Assembly (NCBI GenBank): GCA_963712025.1
Contig: CAVQGJ010000011.1
Location: forward strand, 369,562-433,561
DNA: 64,000 nucleotides
Direction: 5' to 3'
Source: an uncultured Verrucomicrobiae bacterium
GTDB lineage: Bacteria; Verrucomicrobiota; Verrucomicrobiia; Palsa-1439
This document shows positions 7,607 through 19,700 of this stretch, in pieces (position 1 is the first letter of the stretch; the number at the start of each line of letters is the position of its first letter). The position numbers were made by a program, and so were the translations under genes. The notes under the pieces are model-generated. The model was not told where the DNA came from. It did no database searches and saw nothing but the letters and a program-made list of their open reading frames with translations.

Positions 7607-9991
7607 TCATGGCGACACCACGAGTCGAACCCGGTAAAAGCGTTGTGTTTGCACCAGGGCGTTAAAATCCGTCACGGTCACGTTCCCGCCCAAACCGGTA
7701 AAGCCAACCAGCGGAATCCAACTGCCCGCGAGCAGGTCGCCTGTGTACTCGAACACATAGGTCAGGTTGGTGGCGGTCGTGAACTGGACCTGGATATTCG
7801 AGTCAGTCGCCGTGATTGAAATAATCCGGGGAACGCTGTTGGTGGTCAGCACGGCGCCATTGTTCACGAAGCCGGCATGGAAACTCGTGTTGCCGGTGAT
7901 GGCATCAATGGTGCCGTTATTGACGACGGAGCCGTAGGATTCGACCGTGCTGCCGTTGGCCGCCACGATAACGCCGTTATTGGTGACGACGCCCGTGAAG
8001 GTGAGCGTCCCGCCGCAATCGGCCCGCACCAGGCCGCCGGGATCGACGAGAACGGCGCCATTGATCGTGCCGCAGCCGCTCAACACAGCGTTGTTGCGGA
8101 CCTCCGAGCTATTCGCAAAGGAATGGACGCCGCCGAGTAAATGGTATGTGGCGGAATCGTTGCCATCTCCCACATCGAACGTCTGCCCGTTGTTGATTGT
8201 CGTCGCGCTCGTGTTAAACATCCCCGAGCTGAGGCTGAATACGCTGCTGGCGCCGTTGGTGACCAACAACTGATCCACTGTCACCGCGCCCCCGCTTTGA
8301 GCGAATGTCCCAAGACCCGCGAGGCCCACCACAAGCTGCGCCGTCTCGGATTGGTTGGTGATGGAGAGGCTGCCGCCGGTAATCTGAATCACACCGGATG
8401 CGCCGTGGAGCACGCCAGCGAGCATGTTGGACGCGACTGAAAACTGTCCAGCGGCGACAAGGAGAGACCCCTGGCTGTTCGTCCCGAGCCCAACTGCCAC
8501 GGTTTGTGCGAGGAATTGTCCGTTCGACAGAACTACCTGGCCAACGCCTCCGGCAACGACATAGACATTCGTCGTCGAGGCGACGATATTGGAGGTATTC
8601 ACCGCCCCAATAATTAGCTGATCCACCTGCAGCAGGCCTCCGTTTTGAACAAGGGACCCTTGTCCGTACTGGCCGATGGTCAACAGGCCGGTCGCGGACT
8701 GGTTAGTGACGGTGAGGCTGCCGCCCGTGATTTCGATCGCACCGCTTGCATTTGCATTAGAAGACGTTCCGATATAGGCGCGGGCTCCCGCAGTGAGGTT
8801 GGACGCGACAGAGACAGAGCCCCCGGCAATCGTGAGGGTACCCTGCGAGTTTTCACAATCGCCGACGATGATATTCTGTGCCAGCAACGAACCGTTGGAC
8901 ACGCTCAACTGGCCTACCCCGAAACCGGCAACGGTCAGCGACAACTGGCCGGTTCCCAAGCCGTTGACGGACACGCCTTGATTGGTCACCGTCAACTGGC
9001 CGCCAGTAATGAAAACGGATCCGGTGGCGTTCTGGCCCTGAGCGATGGACATTGCGCCCGAAATACTCACCGTGCCTCCCGCGATGGTGAGCGCTCCGGA
9101 AGAACCCACGGCATCGCCCACAATCAGGTAGGAAGCGGCGAGTTGGCCGCTGGAGACAACGACCTGCCCCGTGGCGTTGCCACCGACGGTGACAAGGTAG
9201 TTGTTCGTCGCGATGAGCTGACCGCCGTTAAGGGAGAGCAGCCCCGTCGAGTTGGCGTCTTCCCCAAGACTGAGGTGTTCGGGAACCAAGAGGGTTCCTC
9301 CGAGGATCGACAACTCGCCTTGCGAAGCGGGTCCCAAGCCGAGAAACATGCCGTTGGGAACGGAAACGTTGTCCTCGGTCTGAAGTGCGCCGCTCAACAG
9401 CGTGATCTGGGCCGAACCGTAGAACCCGACGGCCATATACCCGTTGGTGAATGTGGTTTCACCATCGATCACAGAAACGGAAGCGGTGGAGTTTGTGGAA
9501 AAGCCGACGTACAGGCCACTGGAGATGAAGTTGGTGCCGGAAAGTGCGGCAATGCCCTCGACATCAGCCGCGCCCCCGTCGGCATTGTCGACGAGCAGCG
9601 CGGAGTTGGTCGTCGACAGAACGCCACCCGGGTTGACGATCAACGAATTCAGAATATGCAAGGGCGGATTGGAGGCGATATTGTTGACGAACAGCGTATT
9701 TGTGGAGCCGGTTTGGCCGGCGAGGATCAGGTCGCTCACCGTCATCGTGTTCGAGAAGCCGGAAGACGTGGAGGAATCCACGAGGACAGTCTTGTCGCCA
9801 GCGTTGGTAATGAGCATTGATTGCATGGAGGCGGGCGGAAGTCCCAACGACCAACTCGTGGCGTCCTGCCAGTAGCCGCTGGCGGAATTTGTCCAACTAT
9901 TCGTTTGGGCGTTGGCATCAGGGATTGTGAAGCCGAGAGCGACCAGTTCCAGTGGTAGCACAACCAGCAAACGTGTTATCCGCAGGTTCAT
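7607..9991 (-). CDS. secreted beta-helix (autotransporter-passenger-like) surface protein with C-terminal FYR domain
   Basis: Signal peptide, WxxxxSGxWxxxxxWSxGxPP cap, GxLTIAGG repeats, ends WIPL...VTVTD...QRFYRVRLVVSP; GGAG RBS upstream. Confidence 0.85.
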   Translation of the reverse strand: MNLRITRLLVVLPLELVALGFTIPDANAQTNSWTNSASGYWQDATSWSLGLPPASMQSMLITNAGDKTVLVDSSTSSGFSNTMTVSDLILAGQTGSTNTLFVNNIASNPPLHILNSLIVNPGGVLSTTNSALLVDNADGGAADVEGIAALSGTNFISSGLYVGFSTNSTASVSVIDGETTFTNGYMAVGFYGSAQITLLSGALQTEDNVSVPNGMFLGLGPASQGELSILGGTLLVPEHLSLGEDANSTGLLSLNGGQLIATNNYLVTVGGNATGQVVVSSGQLAASYLIVGDAVGSSGALTIAGGTVSISGAMSIAQGQNATGSVFITGGQLTVTNQGVSVNGLGTGQLSLTVAGFGVGQLSVSNGSLLAQNIIVGDCENSQGTLTIAGGSVSVASNLTAGARAYIGTSSNANASGAIEITGGSLTVTNQSATGLLTIGQYGQGSLVQNGGLLQVDQLIIGAVNTSNIVASTTNVYVVAGGVGQVVLSNGQFLAQTVAVGLGTNSQGSLLVAAGQFSVASNMLAGVLHGASGVIQITGGSLSITNQSETAQLVVGLAGLGTFAQSGGAVTVDQLLVTNGASSVFSLSSGMFNTSATTINNGQTFDVGDGNDSATYHLLGGVHSFANSSEVRNNAVLSGCGTINGAVLVDPGGLVRADCGGTLTFTGVVTNNGVIVAANGSTVESYGSVVNNGTIDAITGNTSFHAGFVNNGAVLTTNSVPRIISITATDSNIQVQFTTATNLTYVFEYTGDLLAGSWIPLVGFTGLGGNVTVTDFNALVQTQRFYRVRLVVSP

Positions 9992-10347
9992 GATCTCCTC
10001 CCGCGTGTTCTCCTGCTCACGGGACGAGTATGCGGCAATTCGGAGATTTGTTAAGTAAAAGATATGTAAAAAATTGCCACGCTATGGCGGGAGGATGAAC
10101 AGTCCGGAGATTTCCCCGCCGGCCTCGGATTCCGTCCAATCCGCGCGTCTTGCGAGACTTGCGCATAGCTATCTCATTCCAACCGCAGTGGAAGGCCTGT
10201 TCGGGGTGACGGACGCGATTGGAACATTCTGGAGAGGTAAAGTCAAGGATTGAGAGAGACAGTTTGGCACGAACGGCGTGCGGTGGTTACCACTTGCTGC
10301 GCGAACGATTGACCCGTTTCTCCCATAAAACTTGCTGCTTAAGCTGC

Positions 10348-10377
10348 TTGTCTTTTGGGTTGGTTTGGGTGTATAAT
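10348..10377 (+). promoter_or_regulatory. sigma70 promoter upstream of giant surface protein
   Basis: TTGTCT-18 nt-TATAAT. Confidence 0.55.
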
Positions 10378-10575
10378 AACGACTTCATCGCCGTGTGAGC
10401 CTGTTGTGTTCTGGCCTTGGAAGTGCCAGGTGCAACCGAGGCCAGTTACTGAGCGGCGGTCAGGATGAAAGCTCACACAACGAATTCAAGCGCCGTGAAG
10501 GACTCGCCCATGGAATCGATCCTGGGCCGGGTGTTGCTTGGCGGGGTTTTGGCGGTCCAAGCCCGGCAACGTGGG

Positions 10576-13500
10576 ATGAAGACGAAATTCCTCGCCGTCC
10601 TTGCCTTGGGTGTCGCGCTGATTGCGCCCGCCGTCCTCGCCCAGTCTACCAACAGTTGGGTCGGCGGCCTCGGCAAATGGGAGACGGGCACGAATTGGTC
10701 GCTGGGCATTGCGCCATCGTCCGGTGATCTCGCCGACCTGATCACCAACGGGGGCAACAACACGGCGACCATTGACGCCACGACGGCGACCAATTTCCCC
10801 GGCACCATGACCGTCAGTAACCTGACCGTTATCGGATCGAGTGGCTCGACCAACGCATTGATCCTGGACAATGCCGGTACGGCGATTCCGTTGCAGATTC
10901 TTGCCGATGCGTTGACGCTGGACACCAACGCGTTCATGGTGGTGAACAACTCGGCGGTGTTGGCGTCGAATAGTACTGTCAGCGTCGGCTATAGCGGCGC
11001 GAACTGCACCCTGATTGTCAGCAACGGCGGCGCCGTGTACGACGGCAACGGTTATGTGGGCGACGGCAGCGGCAGCAGCAACAACACGGTGCTGGTGAGC
11101 GGTGCGGGCTCGGTCTGGAGCAACAGCGCCGTTCTCACGGTAGGCTACTCGCAGACCTTCCTCGTGGACGGCCTGTCGGGTTCTGGCAACCAGTTGATCA
11201 TTACCAACGGAGGCGCGGTGTCTGACGGTAACGGGTACATCGGTGACAACTCCGAGAATGACGCCGTTGTTGTTTCGGACAACGGCTCGGTTTGGAACAA
11301 CAATGGACATCTGTACGTTGGCTACGAAGACGACTCTGATCAAGGGACCAATATACTGACGGTGATTAACGGGGGCGCCGTTTACAGCAGTGGCGGTTCT
11401 GTAGGTGGGGGGCCTAATGGGCAGGGAGACGCAGTCTTGGTCACGGGCAGCGGCTCGGTCTGGAACAACAGCGGCAGCCTGACCGTCGGCGATGGCGAAA
11501 ATGCCTCGGGCAACACACTGACGATTGCCAACGGGGGCGCGGTCTTCGCAAGCGATTTGACGGTTAACCCCGACAGAGGTTACGAGAACAGCATGTTGGT
11601 CACTGGCACCGGCTCGGTCTGCCGCGTCAACGGCCAGTTGGAGCTGGGCAATTATAACGGTGACAGCTCGCTCACCATCTCTGGCGGCGGCGCAGTATAT
11701 AGCGGTAGTGCCTTTGTGGCGGCTGACTTGGGCGACGATGTGCTGGTCACGGATAGTGGCTCCGTGTGGGACATCAGCGGCAGCCTAACGCTCGGGGCAG
11801 ACTATGGTTACGTCAATACGCTGACGATCACGAACGGCGGCGCAGTATACAGCGTCGGCGGTTTTTTGATGGGGCCCGGTGAGGTGGTTGTCTCGGGCGA
11901 AGGCTCGGTGTGGAACAACAGCGGCGATCTCGTAACCGGAGGCAGTTTTGCCAACGGGTTGTCCGTCGGCGCCGGCGGCGCGGTAAACAACGGCAACGCG
12001 GCTTTGGCTTCGGGCACCTACATAGAGATCAGCGACCCCGGCTCGGTCTGGAACAACAGCGGTAATTTGACCATATATGATGGGACGTCCCAACTTACAA
12101 TCAGCGGTGGCGGATCTGTTCTTGCCAGCAATGTCTACGTCAGCACGGGCAGCCTGTTCAACAGCGGGGGAGAAGAAGTCACCATTTCGGGCGGCGCACT
12201 GTACGTGACCAACGCATTGGGCAACGGCGTGCTGAATGTGCTGGTCGGCACGCTTTCGCTAAACAGTGGCACGGTGACGGTGGACAGGCTTGTGGCGACA
12301 AACGGCGGATCGAGAGAAGGCGGCCCTGGAATAGTGAGTTTCACCGGCGGTTCGCTGAACACCAAGGGCACGACGGTGAGCAACGGCGTTGCGTTCGTCG
12401 TCGGGGATGGAACGGATGCGGCCACATTCCAACTCGACGGCGGCGTGCATTCGTTCGCCAACAACCTCGAGATCAGCAATAACGCCACTCTGAGCGGCTG
12501 CGGGACGGTCAACGGCAACGTAGTGCTCGATCCCGGCGGCACGGTGTTGGCCGATTGCGGCGGGACGCTGACGTTGACGGGCATCGTCACCAACAACGGC
12601 AGTATCATCGCCACCAACGGGACGACGATTGATTTCCTGGAACCGGTGGCGGGGACCGGGACAATCATCTATACCGACGGGAGCGTGCAGTTTTCGGTGG
12701 TGATCAACACCGGCAGTTCGCCGGCAAATGAAGGTTCGACGAGCGGGGCTGGCACATACTACATTGGCTCGAACGCAACGGTCTGCGCTTCGGCAAGCGG
12801 CTGTTACAGCTTCGTCAATTGGACCGACCAGAACAGCAACGTGGTCAGCGCGTCAGCCTGTTACACCTTCGTTGCGGTGACCAACGAGACGCTCACTGCC
12901 ACTTTTTCGCCGAATTCGTACGCCATTACCGCGAGTCCGGCGCCGTCCGGCGGTGGCACCGCCAGCGGTACCGGCACCTACCCGTGCGGCACAAACCTGA
13001 CAGTGGTGGCGACGCCGAACAGTTGCTTCAACTTCGTGAACTGGACAGACCAGAACAGCAATGTGGTGAGCATGTCACCCAGTTACTCGTTCATCGTCAG
13101 CGCGAACCTGGCATTGGTGGCCAATTTTGCGATCGTGTCCTACACAATCAATACCAGCGCCTCGCCATCCGTCGGCGGTTCCACCAGTGGCGGCGGTACA
13201 GTGGCCTGCGGGTCGAACGTGACGGTCTGCGCGACGGCCAACTCGTGCTACAACTTTGTGAACTGGACGGACCAGAACAACGACATGATCAGCACTTCGA
13301 CGTGCTACTCGTTCACGGCGGCGAGTAACGAGACGTTGGTGGCCAACTTCGCGCTGGTTGGCGTCCCGACAAACGGCAACCTGACGGTTCTGTGGACCTT
13401 CCCCGGCGGCACCAACGGGGCGAATCCCGAAGGGCCCCTGGTGCAAGGCAGCGATGGCAATTTCTATGGGACAACAGTCTACGGCGGGCCAACTGGCTCT

Positions 13501-16500
13501 GGCACCGTGTTCCGGATCACGCCTGGTGGCAACCTGACAAACCTTCACCTGTTTGGCGGCAGCGACGGGGCCTATCCGTCTGCCGCGCTCGTGCAGGGCA
13601 GCGATGGCAATTTCTACGGGACGACAGCCGGCGGCGGCGCGAGGGGCTATGGGACGGTATTTCGGATTTCCCCCAGCGGGGCCCTGACGACACTGCACTC
13701 TTTTACCAACGGGTTGGACGGAAGCTATCCATACTGCGCGTTGATACAGGCGAGCGACGGCAATTTCTACGGCACGACCTATGAGGGCGGATCGACCGGG
13801 GCCGGCACCGTGTTTCGGATGAGTCCCGGCGGCAGTCTGTCGAATCTGTGGTCGTTCACGGGCGACGGCGGCGGCATCTATCCGTTCGCCGGGCTGATCC
13901 AGGGGAGCGACGGCAATTTTTACGGCACGACCACCTACGGCAGCACCAACGACGCGGGGATGGTGTTTCGGATCAGTCCGGGCGGCGGCCTGACGAACCT
14001 TCACTCGTTTGTCAGCAGCGAAGGGAGCTATCCGTACGGTGGGCTTGTGGAAGGCAGCGATGGCAATTTCTACGGCACGACGTACCAGGGCGGGGCCAAC
14101 GGGTACGGGTCCGTCTACCGGATCACACCGAGCGGCAACCTGACGGACCTGTGGTCGTTTACCAACGGAGTGGATGGAGGCGATTCATTTGCCGGCCTGG
14201 TGCCGGGCAGCGACGGCAATTTCTACGGCACGACCTTCGGATCCGGCGAGGGTCCCAGCAGTTACGGCACCGTGTTCCAGATCACTCCGGCCGGCAACCT
14301 GACGAACCTCTGGGAATTCACCGGCTGCGGCGACGGAGGCAACCCCTACGCGGGACTGGTGCAAGCCAACGACGGCAGTTTCTACGGCGTGACCTATGGG
14401 TTGGGGTCCGGGCCGAGTGCCAGTGGCACGGTCTTCCGAATCAATGCGGGCCTCTGCGCCAACGGGGTAAATACCAGTTCCGCGCCGCCGGCCGGTGGAC
14501 TGACCAGTGGCGGGGGAATTTTCAGCTGCGGGTCGAACGTCACGGTGTGTGCTTCGCCGAATACCTGCTATAGCTTTGTCAATTGGACCGACCAGAATAG
14601 CAACGTGGTCAGCACGTCAGCCTGTTACACCTTCGTCTCGGTGACCAACGAGGCGCTCACCGCCAATTTTTCGGTGAACACGTACACGATTACCGCGAGT
14701 GCCTCGCCGTCCGGCGGCGGCTCCGCCAGCGGCGGCGGGACGTATCCGTGCGGCACAAACCTGACGGTGGTGGCGACGGCGAACAGTTGCTTCAGTTTCG
14801 TCAATTGGACGGACCAGAACAGCAATGTGGTGAGCACGTCACCCAGTTACTCGTTCATCGTCAGCACAAATCAGACGTTCGTGGCGAATTGTTCGGCCGT
14901 GTCCTACACAATCAATATCAGCAGTTCGCCATCCGCCGGCGGCGCAACCAGCGGCGGCGGGACGGTGCCATGCGGATCGAACGCGATGGTCTGCGCGACG
15001 GCGAACCCGTGCTACAGCTTTGTGAACTGGACCGACCAGAAGAGCAACGTCGTCAGCTCATCGGCGTGTTACACGTTTTTGGCGTCGAGCAACCAGACCC
15101 TGGCAGCCAACTTCGCGCCGATCTCGTACACGATCACCGTTACCAATTTGGTCGCGGGTGGGGGGTCTGTCAGCGGCGGCGGAACGGTGGCTTGCGGGTC
15201 GAACGTGACGGTCTGCGCTTCGCCGAGTTTCTGCTACAGCTTTGTGAACTGGATCGACCAGAGCAGTAACGTGGTCAGTACATCCGCGTGCTTCACATTC
15301 CCCGCGGCGGCCAACGAGGCTCTGGTGGGCGATTTTGCGTTGATTTCATATGGCAGTGCCGCCAACAGCAACCTGACGAACCTCTGGTCATTCACCAACG
15401 GCCAGGGCGGCGCCAATCCCTATGCCGGGCTGGTGCAAGGCCGCGATGGCAATTTCTATGGCACGACCTCCGCTGGCGGCGCCAGCGGCAACGGCACGGT
15501 ATTTCGGATCGGTCGGAGCGGCAATTTGACGAATCTGTGGTCGTTCACCGGGGGCAGTGATGGGGCCAATCCAGTCAGCCGGCCTCATACAAGGCGGCGA
15601 CGGCAGTTTCTACGGGACGGCGTACGCTGGAGGGGGGAGCGGCAACGGGACCGTGTTTCGGATTCCTTCGGGCGGCAGTCTGACAAACCTGTGGTCGTTC
15701 ACCGGCGGTATTGACGGAGCCAACCCGTATGACGGACTCGTGCAGGGCAGCGATGGCAATTTCTATGGGACAACCTCCGGCGGCGGCACCAACGGCAACG
15801 GGACCGTATTCCGGATTGCTTCGAGCGGCAGCTTGACGACGCTTTGGTCATTTACCGGGGGCAGTGATGGGGCCAATCCAGTAGCAGGTCTTATGCAGGG
15901 CAGCGACGGCAATTTCTATGGGACGGCCTCCAGTGGCGGCGCCAGCGGCAATGGGGATGTGTATCGAATCAGCCCGAGCGGCAGTCTGACGAATCTATGG
16001 TCGTTCACCGGCGGTATTGACGGAGCCAACCCGAATGCTGGACTGGCACTGGGTAGCGATGGCAATTTCTACGGCACAACGCTCGGATCGGGGTCCGGTC
16101 CGAGCGCCAACGGGACCGTGTTTCGGATTACTTCGGGCGGCAGCTTGACGACGCTTTGGTCGTTCATTGGTTGCAGCGACGGAGGTTACCCATTTGCCGG
16201 GCTCGTACAGGGCAGTGACGGCAATTTCTACGGTACGACATCCGGGTCTGGGTCCGGGCCGAGCGCCTACGGCACCGTGTTCCAGATTAGTCCAAGCGGC
16301 AGCCTGACGACACTTTGGTCGTTTACCAACGGTGTGGATGGGGCTTCTTCCTACGCCGCCCTCGTGCAGGGCCTCGACGGGAATTTCTACGGGACGACCG
16401 CTTTCGGCGGGGTCGGCGGCAATGGCACCGTATTCGAACTCTTCGTCTCGTTGAATCCTCCAGCCAATCAAATTTCCGCAATCCAGGCTGGGTCCTCCAA

Positions 16501-16693
16501 CGTCGTCCTGACCCTCCTCTCGGTGGCGGGCGAGACATATCAGTTGCAGTTCAGTAGTTCGATGACCCCGGTCAACTGGACGAACGTCGACGGCGTATCC
16601 ATCACCAACAGCATTGGCGGGCTGTTGTCGCTGACGAACTTCGGCGGGGCATTGCAGCCGCAAGGGTTCTATCGGTTCGACATTACGCCCTGA
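10576..16693 (+). CDS. ~2040-aa surface protein: T5SS/PEP-CTERM-associated repeats + Cys-containing InlB-B-like repeats + two blocks of 7 Gloeo_Verruco repeats + FYR domain (one +1 frameshift near 15575)
   Basis: MKTKFLAVLALG signal peptide; GxGSVWNNSGxLxVG repeats; CYSFVNWTDQ modules; GxxPxAGLVQGSDGNFYGTT...GTVFRI repeats continue across the frameshift; ends GFYRFDITP. Confidence 0.88.
12700..16440 (+). repeat. internal duplication: [Cys-module x3-4 + 7x Gloeo_Verruco repeat] x2
   Basis: Near-identical DNA, e.g. aattggaccgaccagaa(c/t)agcaacgtggtcagc..tcagcctgttacaccttcgt at ~12817 and ~14581; recurrent gatggcaatttcta(c/t)gg. Confidence 0.85.
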
Positions 16694-16737
16694 TTCCTAG
16701 CGGTAGAAAGTGTGCGTGTGCGGAAGGTGTCGGTTCG

Positions 16738-19700
16738 CTACTTCGCAAGGCCGGCTTTGTGCGTGGTCGCAGTATAGTTGAGCGAGCGCTCCACCGCGAA
16801 ACCCAGATCGCCCACCGAGACGACAACCGGCATGGTCACGGGCGAGCCGGGACTTTGGATGGTGGCATCGATCAGGCCGTAGGAGGCCCAGGCGGTGTGC
16901 CAGTCACCCTCGCGCAGCCTCACCTTCAGCGTCCACTTGCCCGTATGTTTGTTGAATTTCAGCCGTGCCGTGTCGGGCGTACTCACTCCGAACCCATTCT
17001 TATTCAGTGTGAACTGTACTTGCGCGTTGCCCATGTCCAGGACCAACACTTGTCCGAGTGGCTTGAATCCCTCGCCCAGGTCCGGCGTCGCGGTCAGGGT
17101 GGCGCCGTCGGAGCTCGGCTTCGCGAAATTCGGTTTCAGTTGCAGTTTGGTAACGGGCATCTCACAGGCGACGGCCACGGCGAGGTTGGTGGTCACAGAC
17201 GCGTAGGCGTTGCTGACCATCACACTCGCGACGAACGGCCCGCAATTGGTGCCGTAGGCGTGGAGGGCTGTGCCCTGCGGCGAAGGGGCGTTGGTAGCGC
17301 CATCGCCAAACTGCCATTGATAACCCAGCGGCAGGCCTTGTGGATCCGTGGCGGTCACGAGGAAGAAATTGGTCTCGTCCACCACCACCACGGCGTGATT
17401 GCCGATTTGCAGCAGCGCGTTCGTCACCGTCGGCGGGGAATTCGTGATGATTGGCGCCAACGCCTGGAAAACGGTGATGTCAGCCGGGTCGGGCCAACGT
17501 ATTCGTGGCGACCGGTCCCTGCGCCGTCAGGCTGACGCGGAAGCTCGCCGCGTTGGTGTAGGTGTGCATCGGATTGGTCGCGGTGCTGGTGGCGCCGTCG
17601 CCAAAGTTCCACACCACGCCGGTGATCAGGCCCGTGGAATTGTTGGCGAATGTGACCGCGAGGGGCGCGATACCCGTCGTTGGCGAGCCGGTAAACTGCG
17701 CGTACGGCGGGGGCACTTGCACGGTGAACGTCGTGGCGCAGGACGACGAGTTGCCGGAAGCGTCCGTGACGGTGATGACAACCCTTGTCGCTCCGGCGCC
17801 CACGACCGTGCCAGCCAGCGGTGACTGGGTTTTGAGCAGTGCGTTGCTGGCCGTGCAGTTGTCCGTCGCCTGCACCTTGGCGGTGAAGTCCGGCAGCACC
17901 GCTTCCCCGACGCCGTTGGCCGGCGCGGTCTCGACGGGAGCGCAGGTAATGATCGTCGGTGGCGTCGTGTCGACCACGGTGATCAATGAGGTTTCGGTCA
18001 ATATATTGGCGCCGCCTGTGCCGCGCACGGTGAGGCTCACGGAGTACGGTCCTCCACACGTGTACGTGTGCACCAGGGTTGTTGCGGCGGTATTCGTCAC
18101 CGTCCCGTCTCCCAGATTCCACGAGCGGTTGGTGATCGTGCCGGTCGAAGTGTCGGTGAACGTGACCATCAACGGAGACGAGCCGTTGGTCGGCGCGGCA
18201 CTGAACCGGGCCGCCGGGCCCGACGTGCCGCTGCCGGTGACAGCGTTGCTCGAGTTGCCGCCGTTGGACACGAAGATGGCGGTCCCGGCGAAACTCCTGG
18301 CGGATGACGGCGTGAAATTGATCACGACGTTGGTCGAACCCAAGCCCGGAACGTTGTACGACGCGCCCGAGCCGACGGCAAATCCCGCGGCGCTGATCGT
18401 CGCCGTACCGCTGAGGGCCGCGCCTCCGCCGTCGCTTACGAGAAAGCTCGCCGAAACGGTGTTGCCGACGGTGACGGTCCCGAAATTCAGTGTGAGCGGG
18501 CTGACGCTGAGTTGCGCGGGCGTGACGGCCGCGCCGGTCACCGCGTTGGACCACACGACGCTGCCACTGGTGAACACGACCGAGTTGGTATAGTCACTGG
18601 CGGATGTGGGGCTGAAAGCCACGGTGACTGTGCCGGTCTGTCCCGCAGGAATCGTGAATGGATTCCCGCCGGGAAGCGCGAACGGGCTGTCGTCAATCGC
18701 CAGCGCAACCGCTCCCGTGAGAAGCGCCTGGGTATTGTTGATGACGGTAAACGACTGATTGCTGGTTTGGCCGGTAAGAAGCGTTCCGTAGTCGAGATTG
18801 CCGGGGCGAACGACGAACGGCGGTGGACTGTTGACGGTGGTGGTGATCGAGGCCGTATTGTTCGACGCGACGGGATCGGGCGTGAGCCCGGTCACGACGG
18901 CGGTGTTCGTGAGCTGGGCCGGGACATTGGGCAGGACGCTGATGGTGACCGCGGCGACACCGTTGTTGGTGAGTGCGCCAAGATTGCAGGTGACAACGCC
19001 GGCGATATTCGTGCACGTGCCCTGGCTCGCGGAAGCGGAACTGAACGTGACGCTGGCTGGCAGGGCGTCGGTGACGGTGACGCCGATGGCGGTGGCCGGG
19101 CCGTTGTTGCCGATGGTCAGGGTGTACGCAAGGGGCACCGTGGCGACGGCCGGATCGGGCGAGGCCGATTCAGCGAGCGCGAGGTCGGCGGCAAGACCGT
19201 TGAGGGCATTAATCAGGCTTTGGCCCCGGGGAGTGCCCCAGCCGGTGCAGAGGTCGTAGCCGGGCGCGGCGAAGAATTTCGTAGGGCTGGCGTTGTTGGT
19301 GTCATTGCCGATGGTGACATCGTGGAAGTTGCTTGTGTAACTGGAACTGTTGCCGATCGAGTAGATCGCGGGATTGAGGAATCCGACGGTCACGCGGCCA
19401 TTGGCGATGGCTTGCTGGTTGACCAGGGCCGTAAATGCCGCCCACAACGGCGCGGCGCAACTGGTTCCACCGAAGTCGCCCGTCTGGCCGTTGTTGTAAA
19501 TGACATAGATGTTGTCCGCGGTGAACGCGACATCGGGAATGTTGCGCATGGACGTCGAGCCATTATTGGCGGACATGCTGGTGCCCTGCTGCCAATTGGG
19601 GATCATATAGGAAGTGCTGATGCCGCCGCTGCTGGCATCGGGCTGCGCGGGCATCCAGTTCCAGACAATGTCTGAAACCCAGGACCCACCGGGTCCGGTG

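Noticed and set aside
13380-16440. CRISPR array or DGR template/variable repeats
   Set aside because: The repeats are in-frame protein repeats of ~50 aa with synonymous variation. There are no unique spacers, cas genes, reverse transcriptase or adenine-specific mismatch pattern.
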